Part shown: positions 27,308-36,273 of the stretch, one piece after another | Numbering within the stretch: the first letter of the stretch is position 1 | Layout of the letters: every line of letters begins with the position of its first letter | From: a virus | Strand: one strand, 5' to 3' | Length of the DNA: 64,000 nucleotides | IMG/VR virus record: IMGVR_UViG_3300021963_000027 | Coordinates: 1-64,000 of that record | The notes under the pieces: model-generated | Database searches by the model: none | Told to the model about the DNA's origin: nothing | What the model saw: only the letters and a program-made list of their open reading frames with translations | Made by a program: the position numbers and the translations under genes

Positions 27308-27508
27308 ATGAATATCATTGTAAAAAACGATAAAGGACATAGCTACTCCGACAGAGTTGAAGCTGTCGCTAGAAAAGGCGACTTCATTATTTTCGACGAA
27401 CAAGTTAAAGAAGTAAAAAGTGTTGTTTGGTATCCTGATTACGATTACATCAAAACTCATTACACATCAAACATAGGAAATATCACAGCATTCATTTGGG
27501 TAGAATAA
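27308..27508 (+). CDS. hypothetical protein
   Basis: ORF. Confidence 0.75.
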   Translation: MNIIVKNDKGHSYSDRVEAVARKGDFIIFDEQVKEVKSVVWYPDYDYIKTHYTSNIGNITAFIWVE

Positions 27509-27519
27509 TATTAAAAATT

Positions 27520-27825
27520 ATGTTTATAGAAATTGGAAAATATTTAGCAGAACAAAACATCACAGTAACACTTCATTTTAATTCAGAGACGAAACAACAC
27601 TATTGGGATTTAAACACCCAAGCAAAGTCTGATCTCCATCTATATGAAGATTTAACTTTGAAAGGTCGTTATGGTTATACTTCTAAGCTGGAAAACGAAA
27701 CTCTTGAAGAAAACATCCGAAGTCTTTGTTGGGAATTTAAAGACTGTCTTCATGGAAGAGATTACGGCTCATGTGCTTGGTTTGAGCTTTGTGAGAAAAA
27801 ACAATTTGACTATTTAAAAAACTAG
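27520..27825 (+). CDS. hypothetical protein
   Basis: Ends LKN*. Confidence 0.75.
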   Translation: MFIEIGKYLAEQNITVTLHFNSETKQHYWDLNTQAKSDLHLYEDLTLKGRYGYTSKLENETLEENIRSLCWEFKDCLHGRDYGSCAWFELCEKKQFDYLKN

Positions 27826-27839
27826 AATACAATTTCATC

Positions 27840-28214
27840 ATGAACGAACAACAAAAAGAAAACCTTAAATTGGGAATCAAAGCTTTACGCGAAAATCCCT
27901 TAAAAGCAAAAGATCAAATGCGTGACTCATCTGGAGGACGATGCTGTCTCTGTGTCTTGTCAGAAGTGGCAGAAGATATTCAGGGTGTTCCTCGCGGAAC
28001 TTTCACGTATTGCGAACCTGATGGGGAAGATGCTATAGCACCAACAAGCGATCTTGCCGAAATCTTCGGATTGCGTAATGTATCTATTTCACAGACGTTC
28101 AACTTTATGATTAATCATAAGATGGCATCTATCTGGAATGATGGTTTCGGTTATACATCTGAATTATCTCATGCAGAAATTGCTGATATGATTGAAAAAG
28201 AATTTCTAAGCTAA
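27840..28214 (+). CDS. hypothetical protein
   Basis: Leaderless; CCLC motif. Confidence 0.8.
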   Translation: MNEQQKENLKLGIKALRENPLKAKDQMRDSSGGRCCLCVLSEVAEDIQGVPRGTFTYCEPDGEDAIAPTSDLAEIFGLRNVSISQTFNFMINHKMASIWNDGFGYTSELSHAEIADMIEKEFLS

Positions 28215-28223
28215 AACAACATC

Positions 28224-28499
28224 ATGGAAACAGTTGAAACATACACACCAGTTCTACGCGAATACAAATTTGATTACTTCTCTGCTGAAATGGTGCTTGA
28301 TAGCTCTGGTGAATGGGTGCGCTATGAAGACTACAAAGAACTCTCAGAATATGCTGACAAGCTCGCAGAAGGGTTGCCATGCTTGCCAAAGGACATTGAA
28401 GTTCTCCGTGATGCTAACGCCACACTTGCTCAACGAGTCTTTGAACTTGAACAACAATTACATTATGACAAAGACTTATCCATTCTGGACAGTATTTAA
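28224..28499 (+). CDS. hypothetical protein
   Basis: ORF. Confidence 0.75.
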   Translation: METVETYTPVLREYKFDYFSAEMVLDSSGEWVRYEDYKELSEYADKLAEGLPCLPKDIEVLRDANATLAQRVFELEQQLHYDKDLSILDSI

Positions 28500-28722
28500 T
28501 CCACGCCGTATAATGCTCGGTAGTTGTGAGCATAAGATTAAAGTAACTCATCTTGGCAAAGGTATCTACGGGTGCCGAGTATTTACTAATGGTTTACTCA
28601 ATGCTGAGAATCGCTGCAAAGGTAAAGAGAACATTCGCTTTGCTTGTCGTGATCTATTGCGCTGGGAGTCTAAGTTAGGCAACATCAGCGATTTCTCTCA
28701 AGCATCTCGCTGTCGCCAATAA
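28465..28722 (+). CDS. hypothetical protein
   Basis: ORF. Confidence 0.6.
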   Translation: MTKTYPFWTVFNPRRIMLGSCEHKIKVTHLGKGIYGCRVFTNGLLNAENRCKGKENIRFACRDLLRWESKLGNISDFSQASRCRQ

Positions 28723-28743
28723 CGAACTCTGATACAATTAGGT

Positions 28744-28938
28744 ATGACCATTTCCAAACTTATTACTGAATTACAAAAGGCTCAAGCTGAACACGGAGAC
28801 GTTCCAGTTATGCTCGATGGCATGGAGTATCGAGAGGAGATTTACGACATTCGACTCTGCTATCCAACTAAGCCAGGGTATATTTGGTATGAAGAAGACA
28901 AGACTCAGCCAGTTAATGCAATCGTTCTCAATTCTTAA
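28744..28938 (+). CDS. hypothetical protein
   Basis: Flanked by 23-bp direct repeat of variant promoter. Confidence 0.8.
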   Translation: MTISKLITELQKAQAEHGDVPVMLDGMEYREEIYDIRLCYPTKPGYIWYEEDKTQPVNAIVLNS

Positions 28939-28981
28939 TAACGAACTCTGATATAATTAAAAACTAGAATACAATTGAGCC

Positions 28982-29284
28982 ATGTTTAAATTACCTTATA
29001 TTGGAGTAGGACTTATTTTGTTTCTAATCGGAATAGCTATGAATGCAGGATTATTTTCCTTTGGATTGGCTTTAATTGGTTGCTACATTCTTTCAAGAAT
29101 CATGGCACAAGATTTTGGTGTCCCTGCCTTTTTCGTTATTGGTATTTTTATTTTTGGATTAGCTTTTTTCGTAGCATCCCCTTTACTACAAGAAATTGGT
29201 GTTGATGTGGGAACAGCAAATATCGTCCGTATAGTAACAACATTGGCATCTGGTGTATTAACATGGTTATCAGTCCCGAAATAA
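28982..29284 (+). CDS. multi-pass membrane protein
   Basis: Hydrophobic; leaderless. Confidence 0.8.
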   Translation: MFKLPYIGVGLILFLIGIAMNAGLFSFGLALIGCYILSRIMAQDFGVPAFFVIGIFIFGLAFFVASPLLQEIGVDVGTANIVRIVTTLASGVLTWLSVPK

Positions 29285-29285
29285 T

Positions 29286-29558
29286 ATGAACAGAGAAGAA
29301 TCTCCTAAAACAAGCCAATTCGCATTGAATCTCTACGCTGCTGGATGCGTGGATGAAGCGATGGAATTCGAAAAGATGGAAAAAGAAATCCGCGAACTAA
29401 AAGAAAAATTTTCTTCTGGCAAGCCTGTTTGCCCTTTCTGTCTAACGGAAATGAAAACAATCGAATACCATGGATATTATGAATCGTTCCCAATGTGGGA
29501 ATGCAGATGTGAAAAATTCGAAAAACCAGATTACACAGCACATGGTGCTTACGCTTAA
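29286..29558 (+). CDS. hypothetical protein with CxxC motifs
   Basis: CPFC..CRC. Confidence 0.75.
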   Translation: MNREESPKTSQFALNLYAAGCVDEAMEFEKMEKEIRELKEKFSSGKPVCPFCLTEMKTIEYHGYYESFPMWECRCEKFEKPDYTAHGAYA

Positions 29559-29580
29559 AAAACTAGAATACAATCAACAC

Positions 29581-29898
29581 ATGACAATCGCTCAACAATT
29601 AAAGATCAAAGAATTCCCATTCAGCATCAAAGATTCCAATGGTAATGAGATTTACCACGAATATTCCGATGGATTTTGGATTAAACGTGAATACGATTCC
29701 AATGGTAATCGCAATCGCTTTGAAACGTCCACTGGTTACTGGTCAATTTGCGAGTATGACGAAGAAAATAGAGAGATTTACTGGGAGAACTCCGATGGAG
29801 AAATCCTCGACAATCGCCCCAAGACAGATGTTCAAAAAGCTATTGATCTTCTGACAAAAGAAGGATTGTTGGTGGATGGTAAGATTTTAAAAAACTAA
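29581..29898 (+). CDS. 21-aa-repeat family paralog A (3 units)
   Basis: MTIAQQLKIKEFPF..KREYDSNG..DNRPKT..ILKN. Confidence 0.9.
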   Translation: MTIAQQLKIKEFPFSIKDSNGNEIYHEYSDGFWIKREYDSNGNRNRFETSTGYWSICEYDEENREIYWENSDGEILDNRPKTDVQKAIDLLTKEGLLVDGKILKN

Positions 29899-29917
29899 GA
29901 TACAATCATAACATAAT

Positions 29918-30175
29918 ATGAAAACAATCGCACAACAACTTAACGTAAAGGAATTTCCATTCATTATCAAAGATTCTAATGGTAAAGTGATTTACTCCGA
30001 GAACTACAAAGGATATTGGATAAAGCGCGAGTGGGATTCCAAAGGTAATGTGATTTACTTCGAGAACTCCTATGGACAAATCGTTGATAATCGTCCTAAA
30101 ACAGAAATCCAAAAGGCTATTGATCTTCTCACAAAAGAAGGATTGATCGTAGATGGTAAGATTTTAAAAAACTAG
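29918..30175 (+). CDS. 21-aa-repeat family paralog B (2 units)
   Basis: Same family. Confidence 0.9.
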   Translation: MKTIAQQLNVKEFPFIIKDSNGKVIYSENYKGYWIKREWDSKGNVIYFENSYGQIVDNRPKTEIQKAIDLLTKEGLIVDGKILKN

Positions 30176-30189
30176 AATACACTTGGGAC

Positions 30190-30417
30190 ATGACACATAC
30201 ATTTGAAGTAGAAGTAGATGATGAGATTTACGAATCCGAAGTTGATATCGTTCGCATTTATAGCGATTGGGAACACGGTTACGATGGTGAGATTTGCCCT
30301 ACTGGTGATGTGATCGATTGGGAAATTGATATTCTCGATCTAACTCTCTCTCCCAAAGTTACACAAAAAATGAAAGAAGTTGCCACGAAATGGGCAGCAG
30401 AATACATGAAATATTAA
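30190..30417 (+). CDS. acidic hypothetical protein
   Basis: Leaderless. Confidence 0.8.
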   Translation: MTHTFEVEVDDEIYESEVDIVRIYSDWEHGYDGEICPTGDVIDWEIDILDLTLSPKVTQKMKEVATKWAAEYMKY

Positions 30418-30418
30418 A

Positions 30419-30919
30419 ATGCACGAAATATACAATCCCATTAATCTTTTAAACAAAGAAGTTGAAATCTCTTATCATGTTAGTGATTTGGGAGAAGATG
30501 CTAAAGTAATTGAAATTGAACCTGTAGATGGGCAAAGACGATTTGAAATTGTTTTTGCGAAATTTCCAGAGGAACAAGATGACGAACGCTTTTTTTGGAC
30601 AGATCAAAAACCGTATGAGATTGTTGGTGATAAAGCTGTATTCTCTGATATTGGTCATCCACGAAGAATTTACTTGAATATTAAAAAACTAGAGTATACT
30701 GAAGAAGTAACAAGTGAACAAACAAACAACGAATCAAATATGAAAACAACTGTTAAAGAATTGAGCGATAAATTGGGTGTTGATGTGGTCTATATCAATG
30801 GATTCCTTCAAACACTGGTCAAGATTGGTAAAGCAGAAGTGGTCGGTAAGGTTGAAAAACCTGCTGGTGCGCGTGGTAAACCATCTAACATCTATCAAAT
30901 CGCAGAAGGTATTCTGTAA
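30419..30919 (+). CDS. hypothetical protein; in-frame join of two units via internal M-promoter (second start 30740, HTH-like)
   Basis: Motif at 30683 read as KKLEYT. Confidence 0.6.
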   Translation: MHEIYNPINLLNKEVEISYHVSDLGEDAKVIEIEPVDGQRRFEIVFAKFPEEQDDERFFWTDQKPYEIVGDKAVFSDIGHPRRIYLNIKKLEYTEEVTSEQTNNESNMKTTVKELSDKLGVDVVYINGFLQTLVKIGKAEVVGKVEKPAGARGKPSNIYQIAEGIL

Positions 30920-30927
30920 ATTTTAAT

Positions 30928-31153
30928 GAAACAGCGGCGTGGAAAGTAGACACGCAGGAACAAAAGAACTGGAACAAAACCAACACGGAGATGCACCGAG
31001 ATGTGATTGTGAGTGAAGGTTGTATGACCGAAGAGAAGACCCGTGCATGGGGAGAAGACGGGAGCTTGATGTGGTGTCACATTTTAACGCTCAACAATAC
31101 GTCGATGGGTTTTAAACTCATTCTAGCAGGAGTTACACCCTGCCTGTTTCACC
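30928..31153 (+). ncRNA. tRNA-like RNA with large insertion replacing anticodon arm
   Basis: Acceptor GAAACAG/CTGTTTC+ACC, D-like arm GCGTG/CACGC, T-like arm GCAGG/CCTGC. Confidence 0.55.
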
Positions 31154-31162
31154 TTTTTTAAT

Positions 31163-31274
31163 GAAGCAACGGTGTGGATGGAGACACATAGACCTCGACC
31201 CCAGAGATGGATGATGGTCGCCTTACCCCAAAGTCAAAGGATAGGTGCAGTTGGTTCGAATCCAACTTGCTTCG
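31163..31274 (+). ncRNA. tRNA-like RNA with non-canonical anticodon domain
   Basis: Acceptor GAAGCAA/TTGCTTC, T-arm GTTGG-TTCGAAT-CCAAC. Confidence 0.65.
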
Positions 31275-31393
31275 CTTTTTTTAATATGAACTTAGAACTG
31301 AAAAACATACTAGAAAATCAAGCATGGGATGATGAATTCTATGCAGCCATGTTGGAGAAATCACAACAACAATCGCGTATAATATAAACAATA

Positions 31394-31771
31394 ATGAAGA
31401 TATTTAACTTTGGAAAATACAAAGGACTAAGCATACAAAGAGTTGCCTTTGGAAATCCAAATTATGTTAGATGGGCGATTGAAAATGTTGCTGGATTCGA
31501 AGAGTTGGCTAAAGACATTGAAATTCCAGAAACAAAAATCAAGAACATGGCAAGCCATAATCAATACAGCGAACTGTATGATGAAAAAATGCCATCCGAT
31601 CACGGATCAGAGGTTACAGATGATAGAGGATGCGTAATAGGTACAAGATACTACAGGCGATCTTCAACTGGTAGCGATCTTGAATGTCATACTGTATATC
31701 CAAATGGATCAGGAGTTTGGCATGGTGGAATGGGCGGCGATCTGTATTACGATGAATTCGGGAACACTTAA
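31394..31771 (+). CDS. hypothetical protein with FGKYKG (ExoX C-terminal-like) motif
   Basis: FNFGKYKG..PNYVRWA. Confidence 0.75.
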   Translation: MKIFNFGKYKGLSIQRVAFGNPNYVRWAIENVAGFEELAKDIEIPETKIKNMASHNQYSELYDEKMPSDHGSEVTDDRGCVIGTRYYRRSSTGSDLECHTVYPNGSGVWHGGMGGDLYYDEFGNT

Positions 31772-31797
31772 TTAAAAAACTAGATTACTATTGTGAC

Positions 31798-32154
31798 ATG
31801 CTTAAAGAAACTTTATTTGAACTTTTCGGTGAACTTAATACAGTTCATGAATTGGATGAATGCGGTTATGCTCGTTATTCCACCGATGACTTTATCATCT
31901 GTGTTGATGAATATCATGGTTTTCATATCGTCTCTGTAGATTTAAAAGAGGTCTTCAACAAGACTTCACAATCTCCCATTCACTTCGAATTCTCGGAATA
32001 CAAACCACTCTCCAAGCGTAAGAAAGATCGCATTCGTGAAGCTATGCGATTCTTGATTAAGAATCGGAAAGATGCTGGTGGTTTCTTTGGATGTATGGAT
32101 GGGTTCGACGATTTGAGTTCTGATATTCGACGAGCATTTTATCAAACAATCTAA
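31798..32154 (+). CDS. hypothetical protein
   Basis: Leaderless. Confidence 0.8.
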   Translation: MLKETLFELFGELNTVHELDECGYARYSTDDFIICVDEYHGFHIVSVDLKEVFNKTSQSPIHFEFSEYKPLSKRKKDRIREAMRFLIKNRKDAGGFFGCMDGFDDLSSDIRRAFYQTI

Positions 32155-32242
32155 CAATTTTGGTGGGGAGGTGGGATACCATGAGTGTGGTCATTCTGTC
32201 ATTGTCTTTTTCATACCCTCCTCACCATCAATTTTCAAATAT

Positions 32243-32476
32243 ATGGAACTGATTCCTATAGAATATAAAATAAAACACGATTTCAACGAATACACTTACT
32301 ACATCGTGTCGAGAAATACCAATAAAGGGAACCAAAAATGGTTTATCACTATGTATCGTAAAGAAATTTATTTTAATATTGAAGATATGTCTTGGACGTA
32401 TTTTGCTTTGGATTGGTGCGGTTTCAACAAACCTGAAGAAGCTTTGGAAGCTTTTGAAAAATATCTTAAAAACTAG
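32243..32476 (+). CDS. hypothetical protein
   Basis: Ends LKN*. Confidence 0.7.
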   Translation: MELIPIEYKIKHDFNEYTYYIVSRNTNKGNQKWFITMYRKEIYFNIEDMSWTYFALDWCGFNKPEEALEAFEKYLKN

Positions 32477-32490
32477 AATACAATCGTGTC

Positions 32491-32757
32491 ATGCAGAAAC
32501 GTTATTACATGTATCTCCCAATGAATATCGACAAAGAAAAGAATACTCGCTTTGTCGTGGAAACTGATGGCATCCCTCAAAGTGATTTGTTCACTGGTAG
32601 AGTCGTCGCTCGTAATTCCAAAGCTTATTTCCATCTTGGTCGTGTAATGAATGAGTGGGTCAATCCCATGGCAGACTTGCGAAATGGTATGCAACCATCT
32701 TTTATTCCTATCAGTCTATCAGAGGTCAAAGAGAAATTTGAACAACACATTTTATAA
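32491..32757 (+). CDS. hypothetical protein
   Basis: Leaderless. Confidence 0.8.
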   Translation: MQKRYYMYLPMNIDKEKNTRFVVETDGIPQSDLFTGRVVARNSKAYFHLGRVMNEWVNPMADLRNGMQPSFIPISLSEVKEKFEQHIL

Positions 32758-32759
32758 TT

Positions 32760-33038
32760 ATGAAAAAAGAAATCGCAGAACTTATTGTTGAAAATAGCTA
32801 CGACATGGACATTCGTGAGGATTACAGTGGTCGAGGAATGTTTGGGAATACCACTACTGGTATCGTGTGTGATAGCGAGAAAGATTTTTATAACGCCATT
32901 GGTGAACTTTACATGGAAATGATCAAAGATGCTATGATTGAAGCTGAAAATTATGATATGGAGCCAGCACAAGAACTAACAGAAACAATCGGTCGAATTC
33001 GCGTTGATAACATGGGATATCGTTATATTTTTTACTGA
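32760..33038 (+). CDS. hypothetical protein
   Basis: YSGRGMFG motif. Confidence 0.8.
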   Translation: MKKEIAELIVENSYDMDIREDYSGRGMFGNTTTGIVCDSEKDFYNAIGELYMEMIKDAMIEAENYDMEPAQELTETIGRIRVDNMGYRYIFY

Positions 33039-33256
33039 TGATAGAAGAACGATCAATATTCATCGAAGAAGGACAAAGCGTATTCTTCCCCAGAGTTGGT
33101 CTTTGTTTTCATAAATCATTTTCGGATAAATTTAAAGGACTGACATTCCCCCAAGCAAGGCGTAAATTGAAGAAGTCTTTCACACATAGTCAGCAAGATC
33201 ACATCATGCACTATCTGAAACAAAAAGGAATCACAATATCACCATTAAAAAACTAG
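33038..33256 (+). CDS. hypothetical protein
   Basis: Ends LKN*. Confidence 0.7.
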   Translation: MIEERSIFIEEGQSVFFPRVGLCFHKSFSDKFKGLTFPQARRKLKKSFTHSQQDHIMHYLKQKGITISPLKN

Positions 33257-33299
33257 AATAAAATCGTAGCACAACAACGAACCAACAGAATAACACATT

Positions 33300-34328
33300 A
33301 TGGCACACGAAATTGAAATCGGAACTGATCGGGTAATCACATTTGGCGAACGCGCATGGCATCGTCTCGATGAGAATCACCAGACTCCTCTTACTAAAGA
33401 GATTATCAATCCTTTGTTCATTCCTTATCTGGAAGGGCAAGCTAACGTCAACATCGATGGGGTAGAAGTACCTCTTGAGGGTTGGAAGACTATTGTTGCT
33501 GATCTTCGTAACAGTGACATTGAAGGCGATTTCCGTCCTGTTCATGTTGCGTCTGATCGCTATGAGATTCTCCAAAATGAAGTCTTGTTCGATGCACTGC
33601 AAGAGGCACTGCGTGGAATCAATTACAATATCGTATCTGCTGGCACACTGGCAGGTCTAAAGAACTTCTTCGTATCGGTGGAATTCAATGGAGAATCGAA
33701 TATCAATCTACCTGATGGTAGTGAGTGCAAAGCGTTCTTCTCCCTCTTTACTTCTCATGATGGCACGAAAAATGCTTCCTACTACGATACGACACATCGC
33801 ACTGTTTGCATGAACACTGTTCGTTCTTCTTATCAAGCTCGCGGTAATCAAGGGTTCAACATCGCTCACACCAAAAACGCAAGTGTGCGTATCATGAACA
33901 TGGCTCAAATCTTCAATGATACTCTCCATGGTCGTCGTGTCTTCGAAGAGAATATGGCTGAATTGTATTCCATTGAATGCGATTTGTCCAAAGCAGAACG
34001 ATTCGTTGCTGGTTTCTTGGCAGACAAGACAAAAGCCGAAGAGAAGCTTTCCACACGCTCTTTCAACCAAATGACAGAGATTGTCGCTCTTGCTTGGAAC
34101 GGTGCTGGTAATCGCGGTGGCAATCTGTTCTACCTTGCCCAAGGTGCTACTGAGTATTGGACTCGCGGCAATGGCACTGGTGGTGCAAACAAAGACCTCG
34201 GACGCAAAGCATTCTCTTCTGAGTTCGGTCTTGGCATGGATAACAAGTGCAATTTCCTCTCTGCTCTTAGCAATCCATCGCAACGTGAGAAATTCATCAA
34301 GCGGGGAGATTTGGTTCTTAGCAACTGA
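33300..34328 (+). CDS. DUF932 family protein
   Basis: MAHEI..AWHRL..SHDGT..RTVCMNT. Confidence 0.85.
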   Translation: MAHEIEIGTDRVITFGERAWHRLDENHQTPLTKEIINPLFIPYLEGQANVNIDGVEVPLEGWKTIVADLRNSDIEGDFRPVHVASDRYEILQNEVLFDALQEALRGINYNIVSAGTLAGLKNFFVSVEFNGESNINLPDGSECKAFFSLFTSHDGTKNASYYDTTHRTVCMNTVRSSYQARGNQGFNIAHTKNASVRIMNMAQIFNDTLHGRRVFEENMAELYSIECDLSKAERFVAGFLADKTKAEEKLSTRSFNQMTEIVALAWNGAGNRGGNLFYLAQGATEYWTRGNGTGGANKDLGRKAFSSEFGLGMDNKCNFLSALSNPSQREKFIKRGDLVLSN

Positions 34329-34385
34329 TCCCTACGCCCCCCCCCCCCTCCCTCCCTAATTAAAAAACTAGAATAAAATAATCGC

Positions 34386-34778
34386 ATGAATGAATCACGA
34401 ATGTATTTCTTTGTCATGAGACAATTAAACGGTTTAAATAAAGGAATCCAAGCAGGTCACGCAGCAATCGAATATCAACTGGAACACGGTAATAAAAAAG
34501 TTTATAAGGACTTTGCAAAATATCACAAGACATTCATCATCTTGGATGGTGGTGGGTCAAAAGATATGGAATCGCGCCTGACTGAATTGGAATATTTCAA
34601 AGTTGATCATGCACCATTTTATGAGCCTGATCTGAACAATTCTTTGAGCGCAATCGCTTTTATTGTTCCTGAAAGTATCTATGGTATGGATATTAAAACA
34701 ATCGATGATCCTATCTTTGTTACCAGAAATGAAGAATTCGCACGGTATCTCAAATCTTTCAAATTAGCAAGTAATTAA
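34386..34778 (+). CDS. peptidyl-tRNA hydrolase 2-like protein
   Basis: GIQAGHAA..FYEPDLNNSLSAIAF. Confidence 0.65.
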   Translation: MNESRMYFFVMRQLNGLNKGIQAGHAAIEYQLEHGNKKVYKDFAKYHKTFIILDGGGSKDMESRLTELEYFKVDHAPFYEPDLNNSLSAIAFIVPESIYGMDIKTIDDPIFVTRNEEFARYLKSFKLASN

Positions 34779-34803
34779 AAAACTAGAATACAATAATCAC
34801 ATC

Positions 34804-35298
34804 ATGAAAATTACAACAAACATTCAGTCATTGACTGCCACAGACACCATTTCTAACTTCTTCAAAGGGAAAGGTCAATTCATGCGAGCAGCATGGAAAA
34901 GTAATCCGAAACCAGCAGCAGCGTTTAAAGGTGTTGTTTTGGAAAAACGCACCACCACTATCGTTCGCTCTGGATTGGAATTCCAAAATCTTTCGAGTGT
35001 TAAAGAAGCTATCGAATCTGGTGAACGTGGAGAAGTTCAAGAGCTTCCTTGGGGTGAATGGGTTTATTATCCTTACCTTATCAAGCACAACGAATCGTAT
35101 TATCTGCGAATGTATCCCACTGATTCTATTCCTATCGTGCGATATTTTGTCGATGATGTTGAAGTCACAAAAGATGTTTTCGCGACATATCTCACACCAT
35201 CGGAAGCTAAGAAATTGCTGAGTGAAGATAAAGAAAAACCCGAATGCTTCACGATCAAAATGGAAAACGTTCTCTCAACTGAGGAATTCATTGGCTAA
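34804..35298 (+). CDS. hypothetical protein
   Basis: After M-promoter. Confidence 0.85.
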   Translation: MKITTNIQSLTATDTISNFFKGKGQFMRAAWKSNPKPAAAFKGVVLEKRTTTIVRSGLEFQNLSSVKEAIESGERGEVQELPWGEWVYYPYLIKHNESYYLRMYPTDSIPIVRYFVDDVEVTKDVFATYLTPSEAKKLLSEDKEKPECFTIKMENVLSTEEFIG

Positions 35299-35335
35299 TC
35301 AATCCCAAACAAACAACACAAATACACAAATACAC

Positions 35336-35572
35336 ATGAATAACAAACTAAATTGCTGTGCATACAACATCGGTCGTCCACAAAAAACCCATACAGGTTG
35401 GGTAAACAGAGGGGCAACTGAAGTATTGAATGCTAATCGTAAAGGTATCGCCAAACTTCGTCAACGTGGATTCACTTGGGCGCAGATCAACCAATGCCTT
35501 GAGCGTGTCGGTGTTAATGTTGGTTACAATAACCTTTATCAGTGGTCTTTGAATCATTACAATAAACGCTAA
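35336..35572 (+). CDS. basic hypothetical protein
   Basis: ORF. Confidence 0.7.
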   Translation: MNNKLNCCAYNIGRPQKTHTGWVNRGATEVLNANRKGIAKLRQRGFTWAQINQCLERVGVNVGYNNLYQWSLNHYNKR

Positions 35573-35581
35573 TCTGTAGGA

Positions 35582-35634
35582 CTTGGCTGATTCCCTCTCT
35601 CCCATAGCCAAGGGGACTCATATCAGAGAGGGAA
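35582..35634 (+). other. pseudoknot-capable stem-loop
   Basis: CTTGGCT/AGCCAAG crossing TTCCCTCTCT/AGAGAGGGAA. Confidence 0.55.
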
Positions 35635-35666
35635 TTACTTTTAAAAAACTAGAATAGACTCTTCAC

Positions 35667-35846
35667 ATGCACGTTGCCGAAGCTATCCAACACCTCAAAA
35701 AAGTTCTTCCTTACATTCACACCATCGAGCCGATTGGTAAGAATCTATTCACTGTCAAGTATGCAAGCTACAATGGAATCAGATCGTGGAGATGTCCAAC
35801 TTGCTTTGCGGAACATAGAAAGCGCATAGCCGATCTTAAAAACTAG
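35667..35846 (+). CDS. hypothetical protein (59 aa, CxxC)
   Basis: Leaderless, ends LKN*. Confidence 0.7.
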   Translation: MHVAEAIQHLKKVLPYIHTIEPIGKNLFTVKYASYNGIRSWRCPTCFAEHRKRIADLKN

Positions 35847-35860
35847 AATACACTTGAGAC

Positions 35861-36013
35861 ATGATAAAAAGTATATTAGAAATTGAAAAATTGATTGATG
35901 ATGCCAAAGATTGCGGTAGAAATTTTAACGGTATGACATATCTCGAAGGTGTTATAGTTGCTTTGGAATGGGTTCTCGGTAATCTTGAAGATGACGAATC
36001 ACCAATCGAATAA
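35861..36013 (+). CDS. hypothetical protein (50 aa)
   Basis: Leaderless. Confidence 0.7.
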   Translation: MIKSILEIEKLIDDAKDCGRNFNGMTYLEGVIVALEWVLGNLEDDESPIE

Positions 36014-36019
36014 AATATT

Positions 36020-36259
36020 ATGAAAGACGATCACCCATTTGATGATTTTAAATTTACTATTGATTTCACACCAGAGAATGAAAAGTATCTGAAAAGTAAA
36101 GGTTACGAAAAACGCAATGGTTCTTGTGCATATACGAGAACAGTTCTTACGGTAGTGCCTTTTAAAAAGTGGTATTGGGAAGATGCTTATAAATCTAAAA
36201 TCCATTTAAATATCGAAACAGAAACGATTGTGAAAGCACGTTTGGTAATTAAAAACTAG
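36020..36259 (+). CDS. hypothetical protein
   Basis: Ends IKN*. Confidence 0.75.
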   Translation: MKDDHPFDDFKFTIDFTPENEKYLKSKGYEKRNGSCAYTRTVLTVVPFKKWYWEDAYKSKIHLNIETETIVKARLVIKN

Positions 36260-36273
36260 AATACACCCAAATT

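Noticed and set aside
30928-31153. tmRNA call
   Set aside because: About 225 nt, has a D-like stem, non-canonical T-loop and no recognisable tag reading frame
35582-35634. HDV-like/theta ribozyme
   Set aside because: Only 5 nt between the P2 and P1 strands, leaving no room for the P3 hairpin
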